Shown: one piece after another, positions 24,701 through 36,975 of the stretch
How the letters are laid out: every line of letters starts with the position of its first letter
Position numbering within the stretch: position 1 is the stretch's first letter
NCBI GenBank assembly: GCA_028023455.1
Contig: JAQFVV010000005.1
Coordinates: forward strand, 21,638,001 to 21,702,000
From: Epiperipatus broadwayi
Lineage: Eukaryota; Animalia; Onychophora
DNA: 64,000 nt
Reading direction: 5' to 3'
The notes under the pieces: generated by a model
Seen by the model: only the letters and a program-made list of their open reading frames with translations
Database searches by the model: none
Told to the model about the DNA's origin: nothing
Position numbers and translations under genes: made by a program

Positions 24701-26570
24701 TTACCTCATATGCATTTCAGAGTAATATTATATAATTATCTGTAATCATAAGTTACAATTTAATATTGAAAATTTTTTATATATGTTAGATAAGTTATTC
24801 CATATTTTGCTTTAACTATTAGCACTATCTGTGTTTTTTTTCTGTCAAGATTTAAAAACACCAAAACTCTTTCGTTCATGATCAGAAAATAATCTAGTTA
24901 TTACAAAAATTTATTAATAAATACTTAATTTCACTTTATAACTATTACTGTTAAATTTGATATTATTTATACTACAGTACTTGATTAACAACTGAACAAC
25001 GGACTCCATTTTTCAGCATTCAAAATTTTAATTCAATTGATATTAGTTCATTAAGCATATGAATTATTTTCAAGAAGAAAGGATTTTAAAATGATTTTGC
25101 TTCTATACTGCCCATGATTTACATCATGTGGTACACTAAAATTTTCATTTCCTGTTAGATTGATATAGCTGCTTATTGTTATGTTCATTCCATTAATAAT
25201 AATTTCATTAAAAAAATAAAATAGTAAAATCATAGTTTTATTCTCATATTCAATCTCCTAGTTATTTAACTTGACATCAGGTCATCTTCAAGTTTACCTA
25301 GTTTCAGTTTGTGTCATCATTTATTGTTCAGTTTAGAACATATAACACAATATATTAAAGCTTGTTTAATAGTAATTTCTTTTCCTATAATATTTTGCTG
25401 CACTAAATGATTCATTATAATAAACAATAATCTATCACAACTTTTTTGTTTAAATGTTAGTATAAATAAATACATATATTGTACATACATATATATGCTA
25501 AAAATAATCAAATAACATCCCCATTATTAGTACAAGTTTTAAGATGGATTTAATTTAATAAGTGGGCTAATCTTGATTAGAATTATTGAGTTGTAAGATA
25601 CCTCTTACAATATGTATTACATATTCTGGCTATCAGATAAAGATAAGTGGTGACAGGTCATCACAGAGAATATTGAGAATGTACATCTTTGATACACCTC
25701 TTTGGTACACCCCATCTAGGTTAAACTGCTCTTTTCTTGATTCTTCATGTTTTTTAGTTAAAGTGGACCCTAGTATTTATTACTTATACTAAAAAACATG
25801 TAAACTGATAAAGAGAAGATAAAATATTTTTCCTTGTTAATTAGTAAAACAAGAACATAATTGTAATACAATAGTTGTTAATGTTATCTTAAATTCAAAA
25901 ATAATTTCTTAATTATTTTTTCCTTAATCTTTTAAATAGAAACATACTGAAATTAATTTCTATCAGTACACTTCCATTAAAATAAATACCTTTATTTAGA
26001 CAAAAAGTTTTCTTTTATTTGTCGCATTAAAAATTTAGATTTTATCAAAATCAGAAATTAAATCTTTCTATAGCAGATGTTTTATTATTTTCCATACTTG
26101 TATTATTATATTACATATTACTATAAATTGATAATAAATTGAAAGTATGCTAGCCTTTCTCACATGCGCAATTATAACAGAGAAAGCCAATCAGATTTTA
26201 AACAGATATCTAATAAATAATCAAGCTTAGACACGAGACAGAGATTTTGATAGAAAAGGTTGATACCAACCTTTTCTAAACTTAACTTTTATATATATAA
26301 GCCAGTCTTAAGTATCTTAGCCCGAAAGCTTTAAATATATAAACAAATACAATTATCATTCATTGTGTTATAAATATAATATATTACGGCACGAAATCTC
26401 AGATTTACTATACCGTAATTTTCATAGCAGCAACGTTTGTAAACAATATTTATCTAAATCACATGTTGAAAATTGATACTTTCAATTTATTATTAATTTT
26501 CAACATGCGATTTAGATAAATATTGTTTATAAATTTATTTAAACGCACATTCATTACGTAAATAATATTC

Positions 26571-26754
26571 ATTAAGGCTGTAGCCTCAATCACATGCGTA
26601 TAAAATGCAATAGTAGGGACCTCTACAGGTCTTAAAACCACAAGCTTACTCTTGTTCCCCTCTTTTCTTCCAAGAGTAAGCTTGTGGTTTTAAGACCTGT
26701 AGAGGTCCCTACTATTGCATTTTATACGCATGTGATTGAGGCTACAGCCTTAAT
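26571..26754. repeat. Perfect inverted repeat: 83-bp arms, 18-nt loop
   Basis: 26571-26653 is the exact reverse complement of 26672-26754 (checked base by base). Loop is GTTCCCCTCTTTTCTTCC. Confidence 0.95.
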
Positions 26755-26822
26755 AAATATTGTTTATAAATTGATGTAAGTTAATTGTATAATTGATTAT
26801 ACATTTTATTTTATTTTTATAG

Positions 26823-26901
26823 ATATAATTTGGATCCACTTGGAAAATTCTCTGATGAAGAAATTTGGGAAGCTTTAAAAAAAGTCCACCTCCATGAAAG
26901 G
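26823..26901 (+). CDS. ABCC NBD2 exon (YNLDPLGKFSDEEIWEALKKVHLHER)
   Basis: TTTTTATAG acceptor, GTGAGA donor. Phase 2 start completes the Arg of the previous exon. Classic ABCC NLDP...SDEEIW.AL motif. Confidence 0.93.
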
Positions 26902-28109
26902 GTGAGAAAAATAACTTTGATTTTTATTAGCAGAAATAATTAAAAATTGATAGAAACTATTAATTTTTAATTAGTTGGATTGGAAAATATCAACAGAATT
27001 AATTACAAATTATATAAACTTAAAAAAAAAGATTTTTAAATGATTTGATTTAAATTCAATGTAGCTCAAATCTAATTCATACTCACTAATATAAAAATGA
27101 TAAATTTATTTAAAATGTTAATAATTATTTTTTAATATATTCATAACAGAAATATATATTAAGAGACAATCTTTCACTCCAATACTTTTATTACATCAAT
27201 AATAATAATATAATACAATCAATGATATCACAAATTTTAGAAAATATTTATTTTAATGATAACTAAGAGTATTCAAAGTTTACTTTATTTCATACTTCTG
27301 TTTAAAAGGAAACTCATTATTCAATCAGGTCTGCTTTAACTTTTCATTATATTTTCATTAATAGATAGTTTTTTCATTACATTTGTTAAGATAAAAAATG
27401 AATTAAAAGATGATTAAGATATTTTATTAATTTAAAAAATATTCAGACTTCAGATATAATTATAATCTATAGATGTCAGTATCTTTCAATGAACAATTCA
27501 ATAATTATGTAAAAATAATGAAAATTCAAAAAAGACCAAAGATTCTAATGCACATGTGCAATAACATTGAATTTGTATATTTCCTTTAATTATTTTTTGT
27601 AAAGTTATTAAATATTTATTTCTCAGTAGATCTTTAATTTACTTCAATAGCTTTTTAACTGAATATTTACATATCAATTAAAATGGCCTGTCAAAAACTG
27701 TTTTTTTATTAAATGGAAGTCCTTCCTTTTGTCTATTATTTCCAGTTTACTACTCTTCTTTCATTTGTAAAGTTGATATTTTAGATTTCAGATTGCTTTC
27801 ATTTCATTAAAAAATGAAAAAAAAAAAACAATGTGCTATCCTTAGTGATTAGAAATTGATTAGTTAAAGGTTAATCTTATATTTAATATCAATTATTCAT
27901 TAGTCCATTCCTATTTCATATTCATTCTTGCTTTCATGTTTGTTATTCACTATCCTCAAATATCTATAATTGCATAATTCTATCCTATAAACTCCAAATA
28001 ATACCATTTGTTACACAAAAAAATGCATAAATTGATGGATCCCATCCAAATTAAAGCACATGTATGTAATGTTTTTTAAAGATAAAAAATATAAGATATA
28101 AATTATTTC

Positions 28110-28947
28110 ATACTGAACCAGTAGTTGGTCCAGATCACCATCTCCCATACTCATATATAATCAATGCTCAGTTTATATTAAGATAGCAAATCCTTACACT
28201 TTAATGGACAGACTTCAACCTACTCCAACCTCCAGCTCTTCAGCCATCAATATTGAGCACTGATTATATATATATATATGTATGGGAGGTGGTAATCTGG
28301 ACCAACTGATGAGTGCTGGTTTAGCATGAAATATGTATATTGGTGATTATTTACCTTTTCTGCACGTGTATGGTCATGTACATCAGTGGTATGAGATAGT
28401 GTAGATAGTGAAGGGGCTTGAAAGTCTGAGTTCAAATCCCCTATATTTACAATTGGGCTCCAGGTATAAAAGTGCCTGATATTTCAAATCTTACATATTA
28501 AGCCTGCATTCTGACCATCCCTCTTCTATATATTTAAATGGGTGCTGTCCTATACATGAGGGGTCAGAGTGATTTGAGGTCAACATGGGCATGGCAACAA
28601 TATTGGCATCAGCATGGGATTTGGGAATTCTATCATCAGATTTTCAATGGTATGGCTGGCTGAAGAGTTGGAGATTGAAGCCTGTCCAATAAAGTGTAAG
28701 GATTTGCTATCTTAATATACACTGAGTATATATATTATGGGAGATGATAATCTGGACCAACTGATGAGTACTGGTTTAGCATGAAATCCATATATTGATG
28801 ATTATTTATCTTTTGTATATGTTTGTGGTCATGTGTATCAGTAGTATGAGATAGTGTGGATAGTGAAGGGGCTTGAAAGTCTGAGTTCAAATCCCCTATA
28901 TTTACATATAAATTGTCTAAGTCACAAATAACCTTAGTTAACAATGT
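28110..28947 (+). mobile_element. Family C array: inverted 5' segment plus two tandem hammerhead units 455 nt apart
   Basis: Cores at 28306 and 28761, each followed by the same TTGGTGATTATTTA...GAAAGTCTGAGTTCAAATCCCCTATATTTACA block. 28110-28250 is the reverse complement of about 28655-28760. Confidence 0.85.
28301..28344 (+). ncRNA. Hammerhead ribozyme motif, family C, sense to the ABCC pre-mRNA
   Basis: ACCAA CTGATGA GTGCT GGTTT AGCAT GAAAT ATGT ATA TTGGT. 5-bp stem I, 5-bp stem II with a G-U base pair. Predicted cleavage after A28339. Confidence 0.8.
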
Positions 28948-29869
28948 AATTATTTCCATTAGTCTTATTTGTTCATAGTTAAACTTATATTTGATTACTG
29001 AAATTGGATTTTATGTAGATGGATTTAAATATACATAGTTGTTTGTTCAATGTTTAATAGTTTGCATATGTTCACATCCATATGGAAGACTACATTCCTA
29101 TCAGTTTAATAAGTTAGGGATCAATCTCAGAATGAGTCAATCCTGTATAAATTGTACTTGTATTAAATTAGGTTTAGAATCAAAAGGCCATTTCTTATAA
29201 TTATTTATTTTAAAAAAATTATTCAGTTAATATTAGGACCAAAAGGCTATCTCTTTATGGTTATTATATGAGTGGTTATGTTTAGGATTAGAATCCAAAT
29301 TAACATTTCTTATGATTATTGTGATAAAGATAGCATTGATATCTATGCCATATAGGGCATATGTATATGTAAGTACTAAGGGGCATGTCAGTCAAAAAAT
29401 GTTTGTATTTATGGATTTATACATGCATAGAATTATATTTAACTTTATTGAAGTCAGGATTAAAGGTACTGCAAATATGTTACATTATCTATGAATATAC
29501 TGATACTATGATGTATACATATTAAAGGATTTTGTTAAAGAAATAATCAATTAATGATTATATTTTGTAAGTAATTGTTATATATGTTATATACTTTATA
29601 AGTAATTCTTATATATGTTAATTCTAATAAAGAAAATAAAGTGTACATTAATTAATAAGTACTTCTGTAAATAAATTATCACATAATTTATTTTGTTTAT
29701 AAAAGATTGCATGGTCTACCATTACTCTATGAGAGTAACTTACATTCTCCATGATTTAGCATGCCGTTACAAATGAGGTTGTGTAATGGTTACATTATTA
29801 TATTGAATAAAATATTGTTTTAAATATATACATTAGTTTATTTCTTGATACTTAAAGCCAATTGGCATC

Positions 29870-30570
29870 CATGTAACATGTAAATAAATTGAGAAAAGTA
29901 GTACAGTATGCAGAAGATTTGGATAAAGACTTTGTTTCAGTATACTTGTACAAAAGATGAGGTGATTGTGTTAGGAGAATTGCTGTTATAGTGGCAAAGA
30001 ATGGGATAGAAGAATAGATGCATTACTAAAAAATAGGGAGTTGGAATGATGGAGAACTAGTATGGAGAGCAAAAAGAGTTTAAATACATATAGAAATAAA
30101 CAGAATATTGGGTGTGAGTTAATTTGTGATAATAGCAAGGAAAGTAATTGACTTTTAAGGATAGAATAGGATTGTTAGCAACAAGAAAATATATATGTAA
30201 ATGGAGAAATATGGGTGATTTAGTCTGCAAGTTATATAAGGAAGGCATGGAAATATTAGGCATCTATTAATTGAATGTAAATGCTCACAAGCAGAAAGGT
30301 ACAAATAATGAAGTTGTGGGAGAGTAAATATAAACAAAGTGATTATACAGAAAGTGAGTTTTTATGATGGATTTGGAAAAAGGTAAGGGAGATTTAAATA
30401 TAAAGGCCATAGAGTGGACAAAGATGGTATTGTGGAAATGGGATGGAGCAGGAAAGAGAATATGGAAAAAATTTAGGATAGGGAATGGAAAGCTAAAGTG
30501 GCTAACAGATTTCTCTGAGCATAGTAGCTGATTCCAATAAAGGAGAAGCCATAATGCATCACATAAATAA
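29870..30570 (+). mobile_element. Decayed non-LTR retrotransposon 3' fragment
   Basis: Peptides WRTSMESKKSLNTYRNKQNIG and RHLLIEC (C-terminal CCHC region). Clearly similar to 41300-41660. Confidence 0.65.
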
Positions 30571-33500
30571 ATAGAGAACATGAATGTTGAAATATATAGT
30601 TAATCCGGTCATTACAATATATATAAACTTTTCATTAACTAATCATAAGTTATGATTGTAAGGGGAAAAGAAAATGAAAGATTTGAAATAAACTAAAATT
30701 ATAAAAAATGTTGATTAAATAAGAATCTAATCAAATTGTTTAAATTTCATATATATAACACTGTTTTATAACAAATTCGGATTTGTAAAAAATAATTTTT
30801 TCTTATCTGTTTTCTTTCTATATTTTATAATTAATCATTATCATTTATCAATAAACATAACATTGAGAAAGAGAAGATAAAGTTTGGACGGATGGTTGAA
30901 GCAGTGTGCAATAATCCATAAAAGGACATGTACCAGTTAATTTAGAAAGAAGACATAGAGAGAATAGAGTTGAAGACCTCATTTACTATGGAAGTCATTA
31001 TTGGAGAGCTTATTGTTAACTGCAGCCTGCTTTAGTGAAGAACCATCTCATGAATATAAGTACAAAATTAAATAAACTATTGTTAATATTTCTATTATTA
31101 TCGAATATTCGATGGCAACATACATGTATAATTTAAATTTCATCAGAATGGCTTGCTAAAGTCATCGTTCAACTAGCATGCAGCTCCATATATAAGCCAA
31201 TATTATCCAACCTTGATTTGAAAAGACAGCCCTAGCATAGAGGTCTTTGCATTTTGAAGATTTGTGTTTATTATCTGATTCATGTAAAAGAAACACAATT
31301 GTCTCTCTACCATAACTACTATCTTTCTATTAACCCTACAAGAGGAAAAATCTACTGATGCCAACTAATTAGATTCCAAAACCAGGGCTAATAAAGTGAT
31401 TTATTCATCTATCAATTCAATGAATAAATATCACTGACTATTTCATGGAATAAAGTAAATCTACTTTATTCTCCAACCACATATGACTAATAGATTAATG
31501 TGTTTCCAACCAAATCAAGAAGTGCGGGATTAATTAATAAACTAAAATTGAAATTACTTCATTGTTAGAATAAATAAATGGGATAATCTCAAGGATTATC
31601 CATTTTACTCATAATATGGAATATCTGCACAAAAATGTTCAAAATATTTTTTTTAATATATATATACTGTTTGTGCTTTTTCTGGCATAAGGAAATTAAG
31701 ATAAATTTTATTAATAACTAATACTAATCTACTTTTTTTGAAAATAAAATCCTTGTTTTTTTACTTCACCTTTGAGTGGTAAGTTTTAAATTGTGCTTTA
31801 TGCAAAAAAGTGAAGCTCATTATTATTAGGCTATGAATATGGAGACTTAAGTTCTCTGAAAGCGCTCAGCCATATAATTCTTTTGAAAATCTTATGTTTG
31901 CTTAATCAGTGTACAATTTATCCACTTTCCTCAATAAATAAATTGATTTCTTATATATTATTTATTTATTATTATTCAATTATATTATACAAGCATCAAT
32001 TATGCATAGGTTAATGCAACATTATTAATTTAATAACAGAAGGTAATGTAAGCTATTAAAGATCATTATCTAGAAAGATAAATTTCCAGCCTTATCAATA
32101 GTTGTAGTCTTCATTTTCTGATAGTCCATTATTTGAGGAAGTTTGTGGGGTACATTGCAGAGTGGTTACCATGTGGAAGAAAACTGTAGCTTTTATATTT
32201 GCCTTTGTTTATTTCCCAATTATGCATTTCACCACAATAATGTGAATGACTTTCATGAACTCCAAGCTTTGGTTTGGTATTGAGGAGGTGACCACTAAAT
32301 AGATGGGTAAATTCAAATCTGGTTTATAAGTGGTAACATTATGGTTATTAGATAGTGTGACCAATCCAAATCAATAAATGTTTCAATAATCTCAAGAGTA
32401 ATACTAAATAGTATGTATATGCTAATGGCATATCTATATGATGAGCAGAAAATATTATTGTTGTGGAGTTAACATTATCAGTAATTTATGGGGTTTTTTT
32501 AAAACTGGTAATGTCTTTCAGTAGCTCATCATATATTATGATTGGATCACTTAAGTGTGGCAAGTAACTTCATACCGCCATTATTGGAAATAGCTTTTTT
32601 TAAATTGGTGGTGCCTTTCAATGTGCTCATCATTTATTATGATTGGCTCAATTAAGTGGGGCAAGTAATTCCATTCTGCCATGTATAGCATTCCATTACA
32701 TATAGTACCACAATATGTGCCATCTGTTAACCCATTAAAGTACTTTTATAAAAAGCAATCATGTTCTCTAGAATATAAGTGCTAAAGTTGGGGGAAATCT
32801 GTTTTCATAATAGAAGCATTCTCTTATTGACTTAAACTTAATTCTTGATATGGCAATCTTTTAAAAAAAAAATTATTCCACTATATTATCATGTCATCTT
32901 TCTCTACTCTAAAACACTATGTATTATAATCTTAAGTGATCACTAGATGCCAGTACAATGTATTACTCAGATAGTATCACTACCCAAATAGTACAATTCT
33001 TAATACAGATTTTAATTCTTTATTTAAAATCAAGCAAAACACCCCCAAGAATAGGGAAGAAATGTTTATTGTAATAAGCTGACAGCAACAAGTGATGGTA
33101 TGAAAAGAACTGAAATTACTAAAATATGGTTACATATCTGGTATCAGATCTATAAAATTATATAATTTTGGACTTGGGTTCAAACTCAAATTTTTTTACT
33201 AATGGTGATTGGTATGTGCATAATTTCTTTGATTCTAGCTTTGAAACCTCTGTCCTCACTGGTAAAGTCAAAAGTGTGCTACCATCTGATAAACAATGAT
33301 TATTCATGCTAATAAAAGATGATACTATGTTATTATTTTCCATTTTAAAGTACCTCTTAACAAAAATTTTTGACTTATCATGGACTGAAAGATTATATGT
33401 GAACCAGCCATATGAGCATGAGCAGTCAATAGATGTTAGATGGTACTGCAACCTGGCCCTCAGACTAATTCTAATTATTAGCCTTTTTCAGAGGAATAAA

Positions 33501-34037
33501 ATTTTTGACTATAGCATTTGAATCTTTTTATTTTTATACTATTTGATCAATAGCTCGAATTTCCAGATGTCCTATGAATTTGAACTTAAACATATTTCCC
33601 TGGCAGTCTGCGATGAATTTGGCACTACTGTCTGTTATTCATTTATCACTTGCATGAATGATGCATGATAGGTGATGTGAGTTAAATTATTGTGGTCAAT
33701 GCTGATTTAGATGGTTTTAGTCACTTAGTGGATCATATAATATTTAAACACCAAATTGATGGTGAACTTCAATCCAGGGACATTATAAGTAAAGATGTCA
33801 TTGTGTTATATGAATTTCTGAAAGTAGAGATAAAATGATCACTAATAATTCTTGGAATCATAAAATTTGCTATAGCAAAGAATTTTAATCTTTAATTTTA
33901 TATAGGCATTTTTTAAAATTTTGTAGTTTTTATTCTAGTGAATATTTTTATTATATTTATATTATTTGATATTATATATTCTATATATAAGTAGATTATC
34001 TATAATAGTTTAAATTCATTAATTTATATTTTAATAG

Positions 34038-34151
34038 ATTTCTGAAGAAATTAAGGCTTTAGACACCGTTATTAATCCATCTTCAATGAATTTCACTCAT
34101 GGCGAAAGGCAACAGTTAGGTTTGGCTCAAGCTGTGCTTCGAAATAATAAG
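34038..34151 (+). CDS. ABCC NBD2 exon with divergent signature motif (NFTHGERQQLGLAQAVLRNNK)
   Basis: TAATAG acceptor, GTCAGT donor, phase 0/0, 38 codons. Confidence 0.9.
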
Positions 34152-34243
34152 GTCAGTAAATACCTGTTTTATGTGAATAGATTTTTATGATTATCAGATA
34201 AAAAAAAACCATGTATATTATAAAACTGTTTATATTATTTTAG

Positions 34244-34408
34244 ATCCTGATTCTAGATAACTTTACCGACTTTGTGGATCCTGTGAGTGAAGCAATTTTA
34301 TTGGATGTAGTCAATTTGCATTTTATTTCTTGTACAATATTAACTATATCCAGGAATATCAACATTATTCTTCAGAATAAACGAGTTATGGTCCTTCAGT
34401 ATGGACAG
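34244..34408 (+). CDS. ABCC NBD2 exon with degenerate Walker B, D-loop and H-loop (ILILDNFTDFVD...CTILTISRNIN)
   Basis: TTTTAG acceptor, GTAATT donor, phase 0/0, 55 codons. Aligns to MRP ILVLDEATAAVD...CTVLTIAHRLN. Confidence 0.9.
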
Positions 34409-35286
34409 GTAATTATTGATTTATTATCGCAAAATTATATGTAGATTCTACAGTCTTTAAAAATATAAAGATTAGATAAGTTGGTTTAGACTTCTATTAC
34501 AAAGAATATAAAAACTATTTATTTTCCATTCTTCCTGTTTTAATGTAATAAATTAGTCAAAAACAAGAAAGGTGGTACGAGCCAGTTTGTAAATTCTAAT
34601 GATTATTTTTTGTGGCTTTTGTGTAAAATTTCAGTATTCTTTTTTTACGTATTCTATCCAATCTAATGATATGAAAATAAAAATGTTTTAAACATGTCCA
34701 ACTAAGCAAATTTGAAAATAGTCTATGACGTACATTTTACTAATCAGTTATAAGCTATCTGCAATTACCTTGATTTTTGCCAGAAAGATGTTGTATTACG
34801 ATTTATCTTAATATACTTATGCATTCAATAGTAGAAGAATTTATCTCAAATCTTTTGATAGATTGTAAAGTATGGAAGTCTACCATATTTAGTTACCTTA
34901 AATAGTCTGAGTAGAAGCTGTATGTAGGATTCATTAGTATACTTTGCATAAGTCGATTGAGAAAAAAACTAAAACACTTAATGGTATTAATTTTATTAGT
35001 TTGTAAAAAACAAAGGCATTATGTAATTATTAAAATATGGATATTGTTTTCAATAATCAGCATATAAAAATTTTTCTAGTAATGGAAATGATTTGCGATG
35101 CTTAAAAATCCTAAGTAGGAACCATTTTGAAAGTGTATTCTGTAACGAATTATTTTCCTTACAATTTCTTAGATTATGTTTTATTCTTTTGTAGATTTAG
35201 AAACAATAAACCTTTGATTTTTGCAAACTACTTTAAATTAAAGTGTTTATCAATAATTATGTAAACATTTTCTTTCTCTCTTTCAG

Positions 35287-35388
35287 ATAATAGAATTTGA
35301 AACTCCGTCTGTTCTGCTATCTCAAGAATCTCATCTTCGTCAGATTTTGGATAAAGCTGCGTTGTCATTTCCTGTTCATCAAACATAA
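35287..35388 (+). CDS. ABCC terminal coding exon (IIEFETPSVLLSQESHLRQILDKAALSFPVHQT*)
   Basis: TCTCTTTCAG acceptor; IxEFxxPxxLL motif; TAA at 35386-35388. Confidence 0.88.
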   Translation: MIEFETPSVLLSQESHLRQILDKAALSFPVHQT

Positions 35389-36539
35389 TTATATTCATTC
35401 ACACACACATATATGCACAAAAGAAAATTGTATAATTAGTTTAAAACATAACATTTATTAAAGCCAATTATATATATAATTCATTTTTTATAGGTTAAAT
35501 AGTAATACATTTTTTACATTTTGATTTTTATTTTGTAATAAGGGTACAATATCAACAATTGAGAAATTGAGGCATATTGAATGTAAAAAAAAATTTGTCA
35601 AATTCATATCCAACTGCCATTTGATTCTGATGACTGTTAATCTTCCTTTATAGTCAATTCTGTATGCACTGGTTTATTTATTCTCAGCTGGAAGTTTATT
35701 TGCCAGAAACCTAGAATTTCAGATGGGCAATGCCATCTAATAAGCTGTTAAGGCAGCCAATGTTTACACAATTGGTTCTAGACAATTAGGTGCTATCAAG
35801 AATTTAGAGTAAACTCCGCCAGAAATCCAATCGAGTTAAATGAAATATATAGTGAAAGATACATTCATCAGTATGTGAATTTTATGGGTTGGCTTTTCCT
35901 GGTGATAAAGAAACTTTTATCACTTTCTAAGTTTGATCTTTCAATAGTCATTGAAAACCAAACTTTTTGTACATATGTTGTAATTCTAGCTTTTCTATAG
36001 TACGTGTGTATGTGTACATATACACAATTCTAAGAATTCTGTAGACGTAAATCTAATGCTAATTTAGAGTATTTTACAGCAGGACTTGGTTCTAATTTTT
36101 GACGCTTTTACTTTGTAATAGCTTACGACTCAATTTCTTTCTTAATACAGTTTTAATGTTTTATTATTATATTCATGGCCTATTAAAGTGTTAAATTATG
36201 AACTTTATATATAATTAGTATTCATTTTCCAATTTTAAATAAATAATATGTAATTCTTTTCAATCTATTTGTTTTCTTTTTAAATCTTGTTTTATTTTCA
36301 ATGAATTCATATATATATACATTTATTTTTTGATTTTTCATGTTTTGATCCTTTTCAAATATATGGTTACTATTAATGTAATCTAAAAGATACCAATAGA
36401 AAAAGTGAAGTTAATGAAAAAAATCTACTTTGTACATAAATTTATCCAAAGATGAAAAATAAGTTTTCCCTTTTTGGATAAATTTATTGCAGGGCAATAT
36501 TTTTCATTAATTTTATTTTTTTCAATTTGGTGTTCTCTT

Positions 36540-36975
36540 TTCATACATATTTCCATATTTCTGGAACACAAGATGGAGATGAAGAGAAATGACATGAAAA
36601 GTCAGATATAGTTCATTGCACATTCAAAAAGTGCAATGAACCAGTATTCTAAACAAGTATATGAAATTAGTTAAAATAAAAACAAGATTTAAAACTAAAA
36701 AATTAGATTACAGAGTTATGCTTTTGAATTAAATTTTAAAAGAGAATTGGATTGTGGATTTTTAAATTCCAATATTGTTAAAAGACTGGTCCATTGCATT
36801 TTTTCAATAACAAAACACTTCTTTGACTTTTCTTGAATGTTGTCACTCCTTGCATACCATTTCCATATCTCTGGATTTAATGAAATGGAGATGGTGCATA
36901 TCTTTAGACCAGAAAGTCAAAAAGAAAAATGACATGAAAAGTCAGAGATGTGATTCATCGGACATTCAGAAATGA
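36540..36975. repeat. Local imperfect direct duplication (about 100 bp)
   Basis: TTTCCATAT.TCTGGA...ATGGAGATG...AAATGACATGAAAAGTCAGA at about 36550-36607 and about 36860-36947. Confidence 0.6.
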
